A DNA stretch of 64,000 nucleotides, taken from the NCBI GenBank assembly GCA_963796275.1, contig CAWCKY010000002.1:320001-384000 (forward strand). The letters run 5' to 3'. Shown piece after piece: positions 28,627-38,195 of this stretch. Below the pieces are notes generated by a model. That model had not been told where the DNA came from, searched no databases, and was given only the letters and a program-made list of their open reading frames with translations. The DNA comes from an uncultured Acidobacteriota bacterium. Lineage in GTDB: Bacteria; Acidobacteriota; Blastocatellia; RBC074. Numbering within the stretch: position 1 is the first letter of the stretch; each line of letters opens with the position of its first letter. Made by a program: the position numbers and the translations under genes.

Positions 28627-30591
28627 ATGCGTGAGCGTTTTATTCTCGATCCACACCAGAATATTCTCTTCATCGACTTCGCCGGGCTGAGGATTGAAAG
28701 CCGGAATCAGGTTGATGAGATGCAGGAGATCATCCAGAGAATTTATCAGGATCACGGCCGCAGGTTCTATGCCATAGTCAATTACGAAGGCACGGAGATT
28801 ACACAAGAGATATTCGACTACTATGGAGAACGCATCAAGAAACTATACGATCTTTATGGGATCGCTACCGTCCGTTATTCATCCAGCGGATTCACGCGCT
28901 CAGTGCTGCGCTATCTGGGTGCGGCCAAGGATGTAGAATCCAATACATTTGCCACTCGCGCTGAAGCCATCCGCGCCATTCAGGAAGTGGAAGGCCGCAG
29001 CCGCGCTGAAGACGCCGCCTCCGCCTGGTCGATGTTGAACCCTGCTCGCAGCATTCTCGGTAAAATTCTTTCAGTCTGGTGCTCAACTTTATTTACGACA
29101 CTCGCAATTTATCTATTTTCAACCGGGGAAGTTTTCGCGATTTTCCTGGCGGCGTTCTTGTCGACTATATTTGTTTCCGCCGCCATTCTGTTTTACACCG
29201 TCGTCAAGCCGCTGTGGATGATGGAAAGGTTTGCGCGGCGGCTGATCGGCGGGGGCGCTTTCGAGCCTCTGAAATTCGCGGGGCAAGATGAACCCGGAAG
29301 ACTGGCGCTCGCTCTTAATGAAACGGGTAAACAACTGAAACGAGACATCGACCGGCTGAGCGGTTTGTATCACATCTCACTGTTAATCGGAGCCGGCACG
29401 GAGGTCAGCCGCGTTAGCGAATTATTGACGCGTAAGATCGCGCGGCTGCTCAATGCGGAAATATGCCTCATTCTGATCTACCACGAACGGGATCGATCGA
29501 TTCTCGCGCAACTACCCGGATTCGGTCTGAGCGACGATCGGTTAGATTTACGGCAGACGAAATTTGACGGAAATAGTATCGCTGCACATGTCATCAAAAC
29601 CGGAGAACCTTATCTGACCAACGATGCAAGGAATGATCCGCTCATCAATCAAGCTGCCGCAGAGCGTCTGGGTGCGCGCGAACTGCTCGCAGTTCCGCTG
29701 CAGGCGGGCGAGCATCGATTCGGGACGCTGGAAGTGATCAATAAACAGGGCGGTTTTCTCGAAGAAGACCGGCAGCTCGTGATTATCTTTGCATCGCAAG
29801 CCGCGCAACTCCTCGCCAACGCGCGACATTTGGAAAAAGAGAGACACCTGGCTCAGGAGTTGATTATCTCAGAACGACTCGCTGCCATCGGCGAACTGGT
29901 CGCGGGCGTGGCTCACGAAGTCCGCAATCCGCTCTGCGGCATCACGACGACTCTGAGCGCATTGACTCGCAAACTCGAAGACCGCGATGCCTTACGCCCC
30001 TTTCTCGATGTCATCGAAACCGAGGTCGATCATCTGAATCAGTTGATGGAACAGTTGCTTGAACATAGCAGCCCGGTCAGACTGAGCCCCGGAACCACTG
30101 ACATCCGCGATGTGATTGACGAGGCGATAAACGAATTCAGATCACAGGCCGAAGCAAAGAAAGTCAGATTGAAATTCGATTGTGCGATCGCAGTACCCGG
30201 GATGCGCATGGACCGCCGCAAAATGTATCGTGTTTTCACAAACCTCGTCGACAATGCGATTCAGCATACCGGCGAGAATGGCCTGGTGAGCATTACGATC
30301 GAAGAGAACGGCAGTTCAATGAACGGCTATGAAAACAAGCAGTTGCAAATCGAAGTCAGCGATACCGGCTGCGGTATTGCGCCGGAGGACATCGGCAGAA
30401 TATTCGAACCGTTCTTCACGACCCGCGCGAGAGGAACAGGGCTCGGGTTGGCGATCACGCGCAAAACAATACTCGATCACGGGGGCGCTATAACGGTGAA
30501 ATCGGAACGAGGTAAAGGAACTTCATTCTTTATAACATTGCCGCTGAAAAGTGAGTTGGCGGCCGTGAACGGTACGGACAATAGATTCTAG
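28627..30591 (+). CDS. Sensor histidine kinase: CoA-transferase-tail/STAS-SEC14-like N-domain, 2 TM, HAMP, GAF, HisKA, HATPase
   Basis: H-box GVAHEVRNPL, N-box NLVDNA, DTGCGI, FEPFFTT, GTGLGL; GAF motif LAVPL..GTLEVIN. Probable start is ATG 28627. Confidence 0.9.
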   Translation: MRERFILDPHQNILFIDFAGLRIESRNQVDEMQEIIQRIYQDHGRRFYAIVNYEGTEITQEIFDYYGERIKKLYDLYGIATVRYSSSGFTRSVLRYLGAAKDVESNTFATRAEAIRAIQEVEGRSRAEDAASAWSMLNPARSILGKILSVWCSTLFTTLAIYLFSTGEVFAIFLAAFLSTIFVSAAILFYTVVKPLWMMERFARRLIGGGAFEPLKFAGQDEPGRLALALNETGKQLKRDIDRLSGLYHISLLIGAGTEVSRVSELLTRKIARLLNAEICLILIYHERDRSILAQLPGFGLSDDRLDLRQTKFDGNSIAAHVIKTGEPYLTNDARNDPLINQAAAERLGARELLAVPLQAGEHRFGTLEVINKQGGFLEEDRQLVIIFASQAAQLLANARHLEKERHLAQELIISERLAAIGELVAGVAHEVRNPLCGITTTLSALTRKLEDRDALRPFLDVIETEVDHLNQLMEQLLEHSSPVRLSPGTTDIRDVIDEAINEFRSQAEAKKVRLKFDCAIAVPGMRMDRRKMYRVFTNLVDNAIQHTGENGLVSITIEENGSSMNGYENKQLQIEVSDTGCGIAPEDIGRIFEPFFTTRARGTGLGLAITRKTILDHGGAITVKSERGKGTSFFITLPLKSELAAVNGTDNRF

Positions 30592-30629
30592 CTGTACCAT
30601 CGCTACTCCGCGGTATATAGGTATCTGCA

Positions 30630-31985
30630 ATGTCAGCAAACGTGGACAAAATTCTGATCGTTGACGATCAACCTTCCGTAAGGTTCGGGTTGCGCAGTCT
30701 ACTCGAAACCGAAGGTTATCGCGTGCTCGAGGCTGAAACTGGTGAAGGGGCGCTTGCAAATATAACCGAGCATGCGCCTCAACTTATCCTGCTCGACCTG
30801 AGGCTTCCAGACGCCGACGGGATTACGCTTCTGCCGCGCATACGAGCGATCGATGATGAAGCCCCGATCATCATCCTGACCGCTCACGGCACCATCGAAA
30901 CAGCGATCCACGCGTTGAAGAGCGGAGCCGAGAATTTCCTGACCAAACCGTTCGACGCTGACAGCCTCCTGATCCTGATCGCCCGGACGCTTGAACAGAG
31001 CCGTGCGCGCCGCGATCGAAGGTTGATCGGTCTCGCGCAGGAACAAGTCGCGGCCGAGTACTTTCTCGGCCATAGCGAATCGATCAAAAACATTCATACA
31101 ACGATCGAGAAGCTGGCGTCATCGGAGACAACGGTCTTGTTGCAGGGCGAGACAGGAACCGGCAAGGGGATGGTCGCCAATTTGATACACCGCCTGAGCG
31201 AACGCCGGGATAAACCCTTTGTGGCGATCAACTGTGCGGGATTAAGCAAAGACCTGCTCGAATCGGAACTATTCGGCCACGAGAAGGGCGCATTCACCGG
31301 CGCGGTGGCCAATAAGGCCGGGCTGTTCGAGCTTGCTCATCATGGCACGATCTTTTTCGACGAGATCACAGAGATGGAGCCGGCGATTCAGGCGCGGCTC
31401 CTCAACGTGCTCGAACAGAAAAGGTTCCGCCGCGTCGGCGGTGTGCAGGAGAAGGAGGTCGCCGTGCGCATTATCGCCGCGACCAATCGCAATCTGCAGG
31501 GCGAAGTCAAACGCGGACGGTTCCGCGAAGACCTTTTTTACCGTCTGAATGTAATGCCGATCATACTCCCACCTCTGCGCGAACGGCGCGAAGACATCCT
31601 GCCACTCGCCGCGCATTTCATCGAACACTTCAATAAACGGCTCAATCGGCGAGTGCTGGAAGCGACGCCGAAGGCCGAAACGCTGCTCGCCGATTACAAT
31701 TGGCCCGGCAACATCCGCGAACTACGCAACATCGTCGAACGCGCGATGATACTGTGCGGGGGCGAACGTATTCACGCGACCGATCTTCCATTAGGCGGCG
31801 CGGGCCCGAACGAAAACGACAGTGAAGAGTTTCTTTCGCTGGACGAAATTGAATGCTTACACATCCGGCGCGTGCTCGAAGCCACCGAACGCAACCTAAG
31901 CCGAACCGCCGACATCCTCGGGATAACCCGCACCACTCTTTACAATAAATTGCGGAAATATAACCTCGACGATCAACCTGTCTAA
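30630..31985 (+). CDS. Sigma-54-dependent response regulator (NtrC/AtoC family, REC-AAA+-Fis HTH)
   Basis: ILIVDD, LLDL, GETGTGKG, ESELFGHEKGAFTGA, FDEI, WPGNIREL, LGITRTTLYNKL. Confidence 0.95.
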   Translation: MSANVDKILIVDDQPSVRFGLRSLLETEGYRVLEAETGEGALANITEHAPQLILLDLRLPDADGITLLPRIRAIDDEAPIIILTAHGTIETAIHALKSGAENFLTKPFDADSLLILIARTLEQSRARRDRRLIGLAQEQVAAEYFLGHSESIKNIHTTIEKLASSETTVLLQGETGTGKGMVANLIHRLSERRDKPFVAINCAGLSKDLLESELFGHEKGAFTGAVANKAGLFELAHHGTIFFDEITEMEPAIQARLLNVLEQKRFRRVGGVQEKEVAVRIIAATNRNLQGEVKRGRFREDLFYRLNVMPIILPPLRERREDILPLAAHFIEHFNKRLNRRVLEATPKAETLLADYNWPGNIRELRNIVERAMILCGGERIHATDLPLGGAGPNENDSEEFLSLDEIECLHIRRVLEATERNLSRTADILGITRTTLYNKLRKYNLDDQPV

Positions 31986-32026
31986 AATTTAAACACTGAC
32001 ACAAACTGCTGCTCATTTTTTTAACA
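31979..32026 (+). promoter_or_regulatory. Putative tandem enhancer (UAS) sites for the sigma-54 activator
   Basis: TGTCTAAAATTTAAACA (31979-31995) and TGCTCATTTTTTTAACA (32010-32026), 31 bp apart. Confidence 0.6.
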
Positions 32027-32062
32027 ACGCAACTATATTTGATTGCTTCGTCTCCTTAACGC

Positions 32063-32075
32063 AATGAATGACTTA
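32063..32075 (+). promoter_or_regulatory. Putative IHF site
   Basis: AATGAATGACTTA has one mismatch to WATCAAN4TTR and lies between the UAS and the promoter. Confidence 0.45.
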
Positions 32076-32091
32076 GCTGTTAGCGCTCTGC

Positions 32092-32106
32092 TGGAACAAG
32101 GTTTGC
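32092..32106 (+). promoter_or_regulatory. Sigma-54 (-24/-12) promoter
   Basis: TGGAAC-AAGGT-TTGC matches TGGCAC-N5-TTGC with correct spacing, 67 bp before the receptor ATG. Confidence 0.8.
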
Positions 32107-32172
32107 TCTACAATTAACTTCTAACTTCTAGCTTCTGCAACCTCGCAATCAATCTCGATAAGGAGAGCAACA

Positions 32173-35100
32173 ATGAATACCAGACGCGGAGCAACATATC
32201 TTCCCGCAATCATATTATTTGCAATTTACACGGTTACGGCCTTCGCCCAGAGTCAAACCACAGGCCGCATTGCCGGAGCGGTCAAAGATGAAAAAGGCGC
32301 GGTAATCCGGGGCGCCGAGATCGTAGTCACCAACGGATCAACGGGCGACACGCGGTCTGCTATGACCGATGGAGAGGGCAATTACATTATCTCGTTCGTT
32401 CCACCCGGCCTTTACCAGGTCAGCATCAAGGCCAGCGGGTTCGCCAATACACTTCTCGACAACATCCGCGTGGCAATCACCGAAACCACGGTCGTCAATG
32501 CCGATCTCGCGGTCGGCGCGGTGGCCGAACAGGCGATCACTATTAGCTCCGCTGCGTCACTCGTTCAGACCGAAGGAACGCAGCTCGGCCGTGTTGTAGA
32601 TTCGCGCGCAGTAACGGAATTGCCGCTGGCGACGCGAAATTTCACGCAGATTCTCGGACTTTCCCCCGGAGCGGCAACTTATTTGCCGGACAATACCTCG
32701 GTCGGTCGCAATTCACAGAACATTTCCGTCAACGGCGCGCGGGTAACCAATAATAATTTCCAGATCAACGGTGTGGATGCAAATTCGCAGGGCACCAATT
32801 CGGCGCCCTCGCTCTCGGTTCCAGCGCCGGAGACGATACAAGAATTCAAGGTGCAGACCTCGCTGTATGACGCGACATTTGGACGTTCCGGCGGCGGCAA
32901 CATTCAGGCGATAACGAAGAGCGGGACGAACGAATTTCACGGCGCACTTTATGAGTACTTTCGCAATGATGCGCTCAATGCGAACAATCCGTTCCTGAAA
33001 GTCGCCGGCGTGGGGCGGCCGGCGCTCAAGCGCAACATCTTTGGCGGCACACTCGGCGGGCGGCTCAAAAAAGAGAAAGCGTTCTTCTTCGTATCGTATC
33101 AGGGCACGCGCGAGCGCAACGGCGCGTCGATCTTCAACAGCCTTTCTTCCAACGTATTGATAGCGCCGGGTCTGACCGACGACCGCTCCGCGGCGACGCT
33201 GCTCAATACTTTCAATCCGCTTCTCCCGAACGGACAACCTGCCCCGACGATCAATCCGACGGCTCTCGCGCTGCTCAACGCGAGACTGCCTAACGGGCAG
33301 TTGGTGATTCCGACGCCGCAAACCAATGGCCGTTATTCCGGCTCTACGCCTTCGACCTATGAAGAGGATCAGTTCAACCTGAACATCGATTATCGCATCA
33401 GTGAGAAGAACACTCTCGCGGGTAAGTTTTTCTTCTTCAACTCGCCGCAGACTCTGACGCTACCGAGTTTCCTCGGCGGCGGGCCTAACGTGCCGGGCTT
33501 CGGCAATTTCCAGCAGAACAACGGCCGCCTGGCGGTGCTTCAAGATACACATATATTCAGTCCAACCGTCATCAATGAGGCGCGTCTCGGTTACAACTTC
33601 CTGCGCGTGGATGCCTTCCCGCAGCAACCGATCAATGACTCGGATATCGGCATCAAGCGCGCCAATGCCGACATCTATCCGGGACTGGGTTGGATTCGAA
33701 TCGCGCCGGCGGCTGGCGGTATCAGCATCGGCACCTCGCCGACGATCGATGTGCTCGCCGTAGCGCCTTCTACAACTTTGGCCGATACGCTTTCGATTAC
33801 GCGGGGAAAACACCTCATGCGGATGGGGACCGAGATTCGTTATAATGAAAACAACTACAACTTGAACTTCTTCACACGCGGTCAGATCGATTTTCTCAAC
33901 TTCAACAATTTCTTGACCGGCAATGCGCTCGTCTCGATCTTCGGCAGCGGCATCGGCGATCGCAGTTTGCGCGCCACCGATTACAACTTCTTCTTCCAGG
34001 ACGACTGGAAAGTTTCGTCGAAATTGGCGCTCAATCTAGGCTTGCGCTACGAACTGGATTTACCTGCTTCCGATACGCGCGGGCGTCTTGCTACGTTCGA
34101 TCCGGCGCTCTATCAACCTCGATCGTTAGCCGTGGGAGGCACGCCGATCGGCCCGCCCATCGGCGGGTACGTGCAGGCGGGGAGCGGACTATACGATTCG
34201 CCCGACATACCGAATGTATCCGATCGCGTGGTCAACAGCATCGACCCGAACAACCTGGCGCCACGAATCGGCTTCGCCTACACCCCGTTCAATTCTGGCC
34301 GGATGGTCGTACGCGGCGGTTACGGCGTCTTCTATTCCCGCACATCCTTCCAGTACATCACCCTCTCCGTGCTCGCCCCGCCGACTTATGTTTTCGGCGC
34401 GCGCGTCGGCGTTCCCACGCCGATCCCGATCGAAGACCCTTACTTTATGGTCCCACAGCTATCGGCCTTCCCGACTTTGGTGCCGGGGGTGGCGTTGTCA
34501 GGGACATTTTTCGACCGCAACATCCGGACGCCGCTCATACATCAGTTCAACACCAACGTGCAATACGAATTGGTCAAAGACCTGATGCTCGAAGTCGCCT
34601 ATGTCGGGACGCGCGGGTTGAATCTCTTCCGGCAGGTGGCGATCAATCAGGCGCCGCTGGCGACTGCGCAGCAACCGATCGTAAATGAGGTCACGGGGGC
34701 ATCCTTCACCACGAACACTCCGGCCGATGCGCTATTACGCGCGCCGTATCAAGGCGTGGGGATCAACGGATTTTTCCAGAATCAAGCCACCGCCCAGTCG
34801 AGCTACAATTCGCTGCAGGTGAGCCTGACCAAACGTTTTTCGCGCGGCCTGCAGTTCCTCACTTCGTACGCGTGGGCGAAATCGATTGACAATGCTTCGG
34901 GCCAGGGGGGCGGCGCCGGAAACACCGGGCTGGTCAATACCGGAGCAGTCGGCGAAACCGGGGGCATCCTCGGCGATCAGCGTGACAATCGCGCCAATCG
35001 CGGCGTTTCGGATTTCGACCGCTCGCATCGCCTGGTGGTCAGCTATCTCTACGACCTGCCGACACCTGCTTTCGCAAAAAACTCGGCCGCTGGTAAAGCA

Positions 35101-35679
35101 CTGCTCGATGGATGGCAGATTGCAGGCATCCTCACGGTCATGTCCGGTCTGCCGATCGATATAGTCGATACGGGCGCCGGATCGTTCTACGGTTTATCGG
35201 GAGGCAGCGCTCCGCTGGCCCGGCCGAACTATGTGACGGGCGCTACGACCAGCACGGCGACGAGCAATGTGCCGCAGAATTTCTACTTCAACCCTTTTGC
35301 CTTTGCTCGCCCGGTTGTGTTGGCCAATCAGCCGATTCCGAGTTCAGGCGGTGCGGCCATCGCCGGCGCAATCGGTACCGACGTAGGGAGCATCGGACGC
35401 AACATTTTGCGGGGACCGCGCCAGAAGAATGTGGACTTTTCGATCATCAAGCGCTTTCGCATCAGTGAAGTGAAGAACTTCGAATTTCGCACGGAGTTCT
35501 TCAATCTCTTCAATCAGGTCAATCTGGCCAATCCGATCAGCGATCTGAACTCGGTGGTGGCATCAGGAGGAAGCCTCGATGCTAGCGGGAACATTATCAA
35601 CCCGGGGGCCTTTGGGCGAATCATATCGACGACCAATAATCCGCGACTGATACAGTTTGCGCTGAAGTTCAATTACTAG
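32173..35679 (+). CDS. TonB-dependent receptor (Oar-like)
   Basis: AAGGAG RBS, signal peptide, LPLATRNF, EYFRNDALNANN, terminal PRLIQFALKFNY. Confidence 0.93.
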   Translation: MNTRRGATYLPAIILFAIYTVTAFAQSQTTGRIAGAVKDEKGAVIRGAEIVVTNGSTGDTRSAMTDGEGNYIISFVPPGLYQVSIKASGFANTLLDNIRVAITETTVVNADLAVGAVAEQAITISSAASLVQTEGTQLGRVVDSRAVTELPLATRNFTQILGLSPGAATYLPDNTSVGRNSQNISVNGARVTNNNFQINGVDANSQGTNSAPSLSVPAPETIQEFKVQTSLYDATFGRSGGGNIQAITKSGTNEFHGALYEYFRNDALNANNPFLKVAGVGRPALKRNIFGGTLGGRLKKEKAFFFVSYQGTRERNGASIFNSLSSNVLIAPGLTDDRSAATLLNTFNPLLPNGQPAPTINPTALALLNARLPNGQLVIPTPQTNGRYSGSTPSTYEEDQFNLNIDYRISEKNTLAGKFFFFNSPQTLTLPSFLGGGPNVPGFGNFQQNNGRLAVLQDTHIFSPTVINEARLGYNFLRVDAFPQQPINDSDIGIKRANADIYPGLGWIRIAPAAGGISIGTSPTIDVLAVAPSTTLADTLSITRGKHLMRMGTEIRYNENNYNLNFFTRGQIDFLNFNNFLTGNALVSIFGSGIGDRSLRATDYNFFFQDDWKVSSKLALNLGLRYELDLPASDTRGRLATFDPALYQPRSLAVGGTPIGPPIGGYVQAGSGLYDSPDIPNVSDRVVNSIDPNNLAPRIGFAYTPFNSGRMVVRGGYGVFYSRTSFQYITLSVLAPPTYVFGARVGVPTPIPIEDPYFMVPQLSAFPTLVPGVALSGTFFDRNIRTPLIHQFNTNVQYELVKDLMLEVAYVGTRGLNLFRQVAINQAPLATAQQPIVNEVTGASFTTNTPADALLRAPYQGVGINGFFQNQATAQSSYNSLQVSLTKRFSRGLQFLTSYAWAKSIDNASGQGGGAGNTGLVNTGAVGETGGILGDQRDNRANRGVSDFDRSHRLVVSYLYDLPTPAFAKNSAAGKALLDGWQIAGILTVMSGLPIDIVDTGAGSFYGLSGGSAPLARPNYVTGATTSTATSNVPQNFYFNPFAFARPVVLANQPIPSSGGAAIAGAIGTDVGSIGRNILRGPRQKNVDFSIIKRFRISEVKNFEFRTEFFNLFNQVNLANPISDLNSVVASGGSLDASGNIINPGAFGRIISTTNNPRLIQFALKFNY

Positions 35680-35715
35680 CGCTTTCATCGGTTCGATGTT
35701 TAAAGGAGATAATCA

Positions 35716-36639
35716 GTGATTCTCACCAGCGTAAAGCAAGTCGCTTTCAAAGTTACGAGCGAGGCGCGAGGACGAGTGTCCGGCGATGGCGTCGAGCTCG
35801 CCTTCGGTTATTGGCCTGGGCGTGGTGCGCCGGTCGTGGGGATTCATGGCTTGACGGCGTCGTATCTAACCTTTGCCGGGATAGCCGAACGCCTGGCTGG
35901 GCGATGCTCTCTCTTCGCGGTCGACCTGCGTGGCCGTGGCGATTCGCAGAAGCCTGCTGGCCCTTACGGGATGACACAGCATGCCCGCGATGTAGCTGCA
36001 GCGATGCGGGCTCTGGGCCTGGGCCCGAGTATCATCGCAGGTCACTCAATGGGCGCCTTTGTCGCTACCGCATTGGCAGCGGAAGCACCTGAGCTCGTCG
36101 CGGGATTGATATTAATCGACGGCGGCTACGTTCCTAACCTCACCATTGGGGTTGATTCCGAGCAGGCGCTCGATAATTTGCTTGAAAAGCGTATAACGCA
36201 GCTTCGTCAAATTTATCCATCACGAGAAGCATACCGTGAGTTCTGGCGGAGCCAACCGCATTTCCCTTCAATCGATTGGGGGCCTTGGGTAGAGGCGTTT
36301 CTCGACTACGAGCTCGGCGGCGAGCAGCCCAGGTTGCAACCTAAGGCATCGGAGGATGCAGTCCGAGCTGACTTGGCAGAGGGGACTCGCGAGGCTGAAA
36401 TAAGAGCTCGACTCAATGCGGTTCGCGTTCCCACCCTGCTCGTCCGCGCTGAGGCGGGTTTTGCGCCCGGTCAGCCTCCGCTATTTCCCGACTCAATTGT
36501 GAAGAAAATTATGGAATGTCTGCCTGAGATCGAGGATGAGATCATTCCCGGCACTACTCACTACACAATCACGCTGGGTGATTGCGGAGCCTCGAGGATC
36601 GCTAATTTAATAGATAATTTTGCACGACACCGCTTTTAG
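35716..36639 (+). CDS. Alpha/beta hydrolase (esterase/lipase-like)
   Basis: HGLTAS, DLRGRG, GHSMG, GTTHYT; AAGGAG RBS before the GTG start. Confidence 0.88.
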   Translation: MILTSVKQVAFKVTSEARGRVSGDGVELAFGYWPGRGAPVVGIHGLTASYLTFAGIAERLAGRCSLFAVDLRGRGDSQKPAGPYGMTQHARDVAAAMRALGLGPSIIAGHSMGAFVATALAAEAPELVAGLILIDGGYVPNLTIGVDSEQALDNLLEKRITQLRQIYPSREAYREFWRSQPHFPSIDWGPWVEAFLDYELGGEQPRLQPKASEDAVRADLAEGTREAEIRARLNAVRVPTLLVRAEAGFAPGQPPLFPDSIVKKIMECLPEIEDEIIPGTTHYTITLGDCGASRIANLIDNFARHRF

Positions 36640-36883
36640 TCGAAGCGCAAACAAGCATACAAATGAAAGCTGTTTGTTAACAATGTGTTCTCGAACACCC
36701 GGATATCATGCCCATTCATCGCAGGATGGTGAACTCTCTCACATCGACCATCGATGTTGACTGGTGACATCGTGAGACTTTACTTTATCATCCGCGAAAG
36801 AATACTCCATCCATAGCGAGCATCTTGGCGAGCTTGGATGGAGATGAATTCGCATCGTGGGCGCTTCGCCCACGATTAAAGGG

Positions 36884-36913
36884 CTTACAAAGCTATCTAA
36901 TATAAGTTAAAAT
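36884..36913 (+). promoter_or_regulatory. Putative sigma-70 promoter for a leaderless tnpB transcript
   Basis: CTTACA-N18-TAAAAT with 6 nt between it and GTG 36920; no RBS. Confidence 0.4.
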
Positions 36914-36919
36914 ATTTCT

Positions 36920-38058
36920 GTGATAGTCCAGAAGGCCTTCAAATACAGATTTTTTCCCACTGACGCAGCAGGCCGCGCAACTCGCTAGGACCTTCGGTTG
37001 CGCTCGCTACGTTTACAATCAGGCATCTGGAATATCGAACTACAGCTTGGCAGCAGGAGAAGAAGTCTGTTGGCTATCACCTACTGCGCGAAACTGACAG
37101 AGTGGAAAAAGGAGCCTGAGAAAGCCTTTCTTTCCGAAGTCAGTTCCGTTGTTCTTCAACAATCGCTGCGTAATCTCGATACGGCTTTCACAAACTTCTT
37201 CGCGAAGCGAGCGGAATATCCGAAGTTTAAAGTCGAAACACGGCATCGACAATCGGCTCCGTTACGCCACCAACGCCTTCACCACAGAGACGGCCGAGAT
37301 CACGCTCGCCAAGCAATCCGAGCCTTTGGATATCTGTCTGGAGTCGTCCGCTTCCTGACGATGCGAAAGATGGTCAATCTGACAGTCAGCAAGGATACAG
37401 AGGAGCGCTACTTTGTCAGCATCCTGGTCGAAACCGACTTCAAGCCTCTGAAGAAGGTGAAAGCCGAAGTGGGCATTGACGTCGGGATTAAGACCCTGGC
37501 CAGGACCAGTGACGGACAGAGACTTGAAAACCCGCGCCCTCTGCTCAGACGGGAGAAGCGATTGAAGAGACGTCAACGCCGTCTCTCGCGCAAGGTTAAG
37601 GGGAGCAATAATCGAAAGAAAGCCAAGCTCACAGTAGCCAAGCTGCACGCCCGAATCAGCGATACCCGGAGAGATACGGTTCAGAAATTCACCACGAAGA
37701 TCATTCGCGAGAACCAAGCGATCTTTGTCGAAGGACTGAACGTTGCCGGGATGCTCAAGAATGGCAACTTGGCCAAACATATAGCGGATGCGGCGTTTGC
37801 CGAGATATTCCGGGAGCTGGAATACAAGGCGCGCTGGTACGGGAGAAGCTACATTGCCATTGGATCGGTTCTTCCCATCGTCCAAGTTGTGTTCGTAGCT
37901 GTGGCCATCTGTTGAAGGAACTGGCTCTGTCGGTTCGCGAGTGGGATTGCCCGCAGTGCGGGGTCCATCACGACCGGGACGAAAACGCGGCGATCAATAT
38001 CATGCGAGCAGGGCAATACCTGTTGCGAAAACTACCGGGTGGGACGCCCGGAAAGTAA
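36920..38058 (+). pseudogene. tnpB: RNA-guided endonuclease TnpB with multiple frameshifts
   Basis: KAFKYRFFPT..TFGCARYVYN, QQSLRNLDTAF, RuvC-I GIDVG, RuvC-II VEGL, ZnF CG..WDCPQCG, Ruv[15 protein letters not shown]; read across several single-base indels. Confidence 0.9.
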
Positions 38059-38163
38059 CGCCTACGAGATATGAGCGACGGCGCTCAGCGTAGGAATCCC
38101 CCACCATACCGCGCTTTGGCGGTTGGTGCGGGAGAAAGTCACAGATGCCTCAATCGACTCAAT
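38030..38163 (+). ncRNA. Predicted TnpB omega-RNA (reRNA): scaffold to ~38143, guide ~38144-38163
   Basis: ACCGGGTGGGACGCCCGGAAAGTAACGCCT...GTAGGAATCCCC..hairpin..GTCA overlaps the tnpB 3' end, the usual IS605 arrangement; boundaries are approximate. Confidence 0.65.
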
Positions 38164-38195
38164 TAATCATTATCAAGAAAAAGGCGATTCTGAAC

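Larger units (their letters stand above)
36789..38143 (+). mobile_element. tnpB-only IS200/IS605-family element (IS1341-type)
   Basis: Left end follows TTTAT (36784-36788), with guide AATA (36801-36804) and hairpin CTCCATCCA..TGGATGGAG (36805-36843). Right end has GAAT (38094-38097), hairpin 38098-38132 and terminal GTCACA. No tnpA. Confidence 0.85.
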
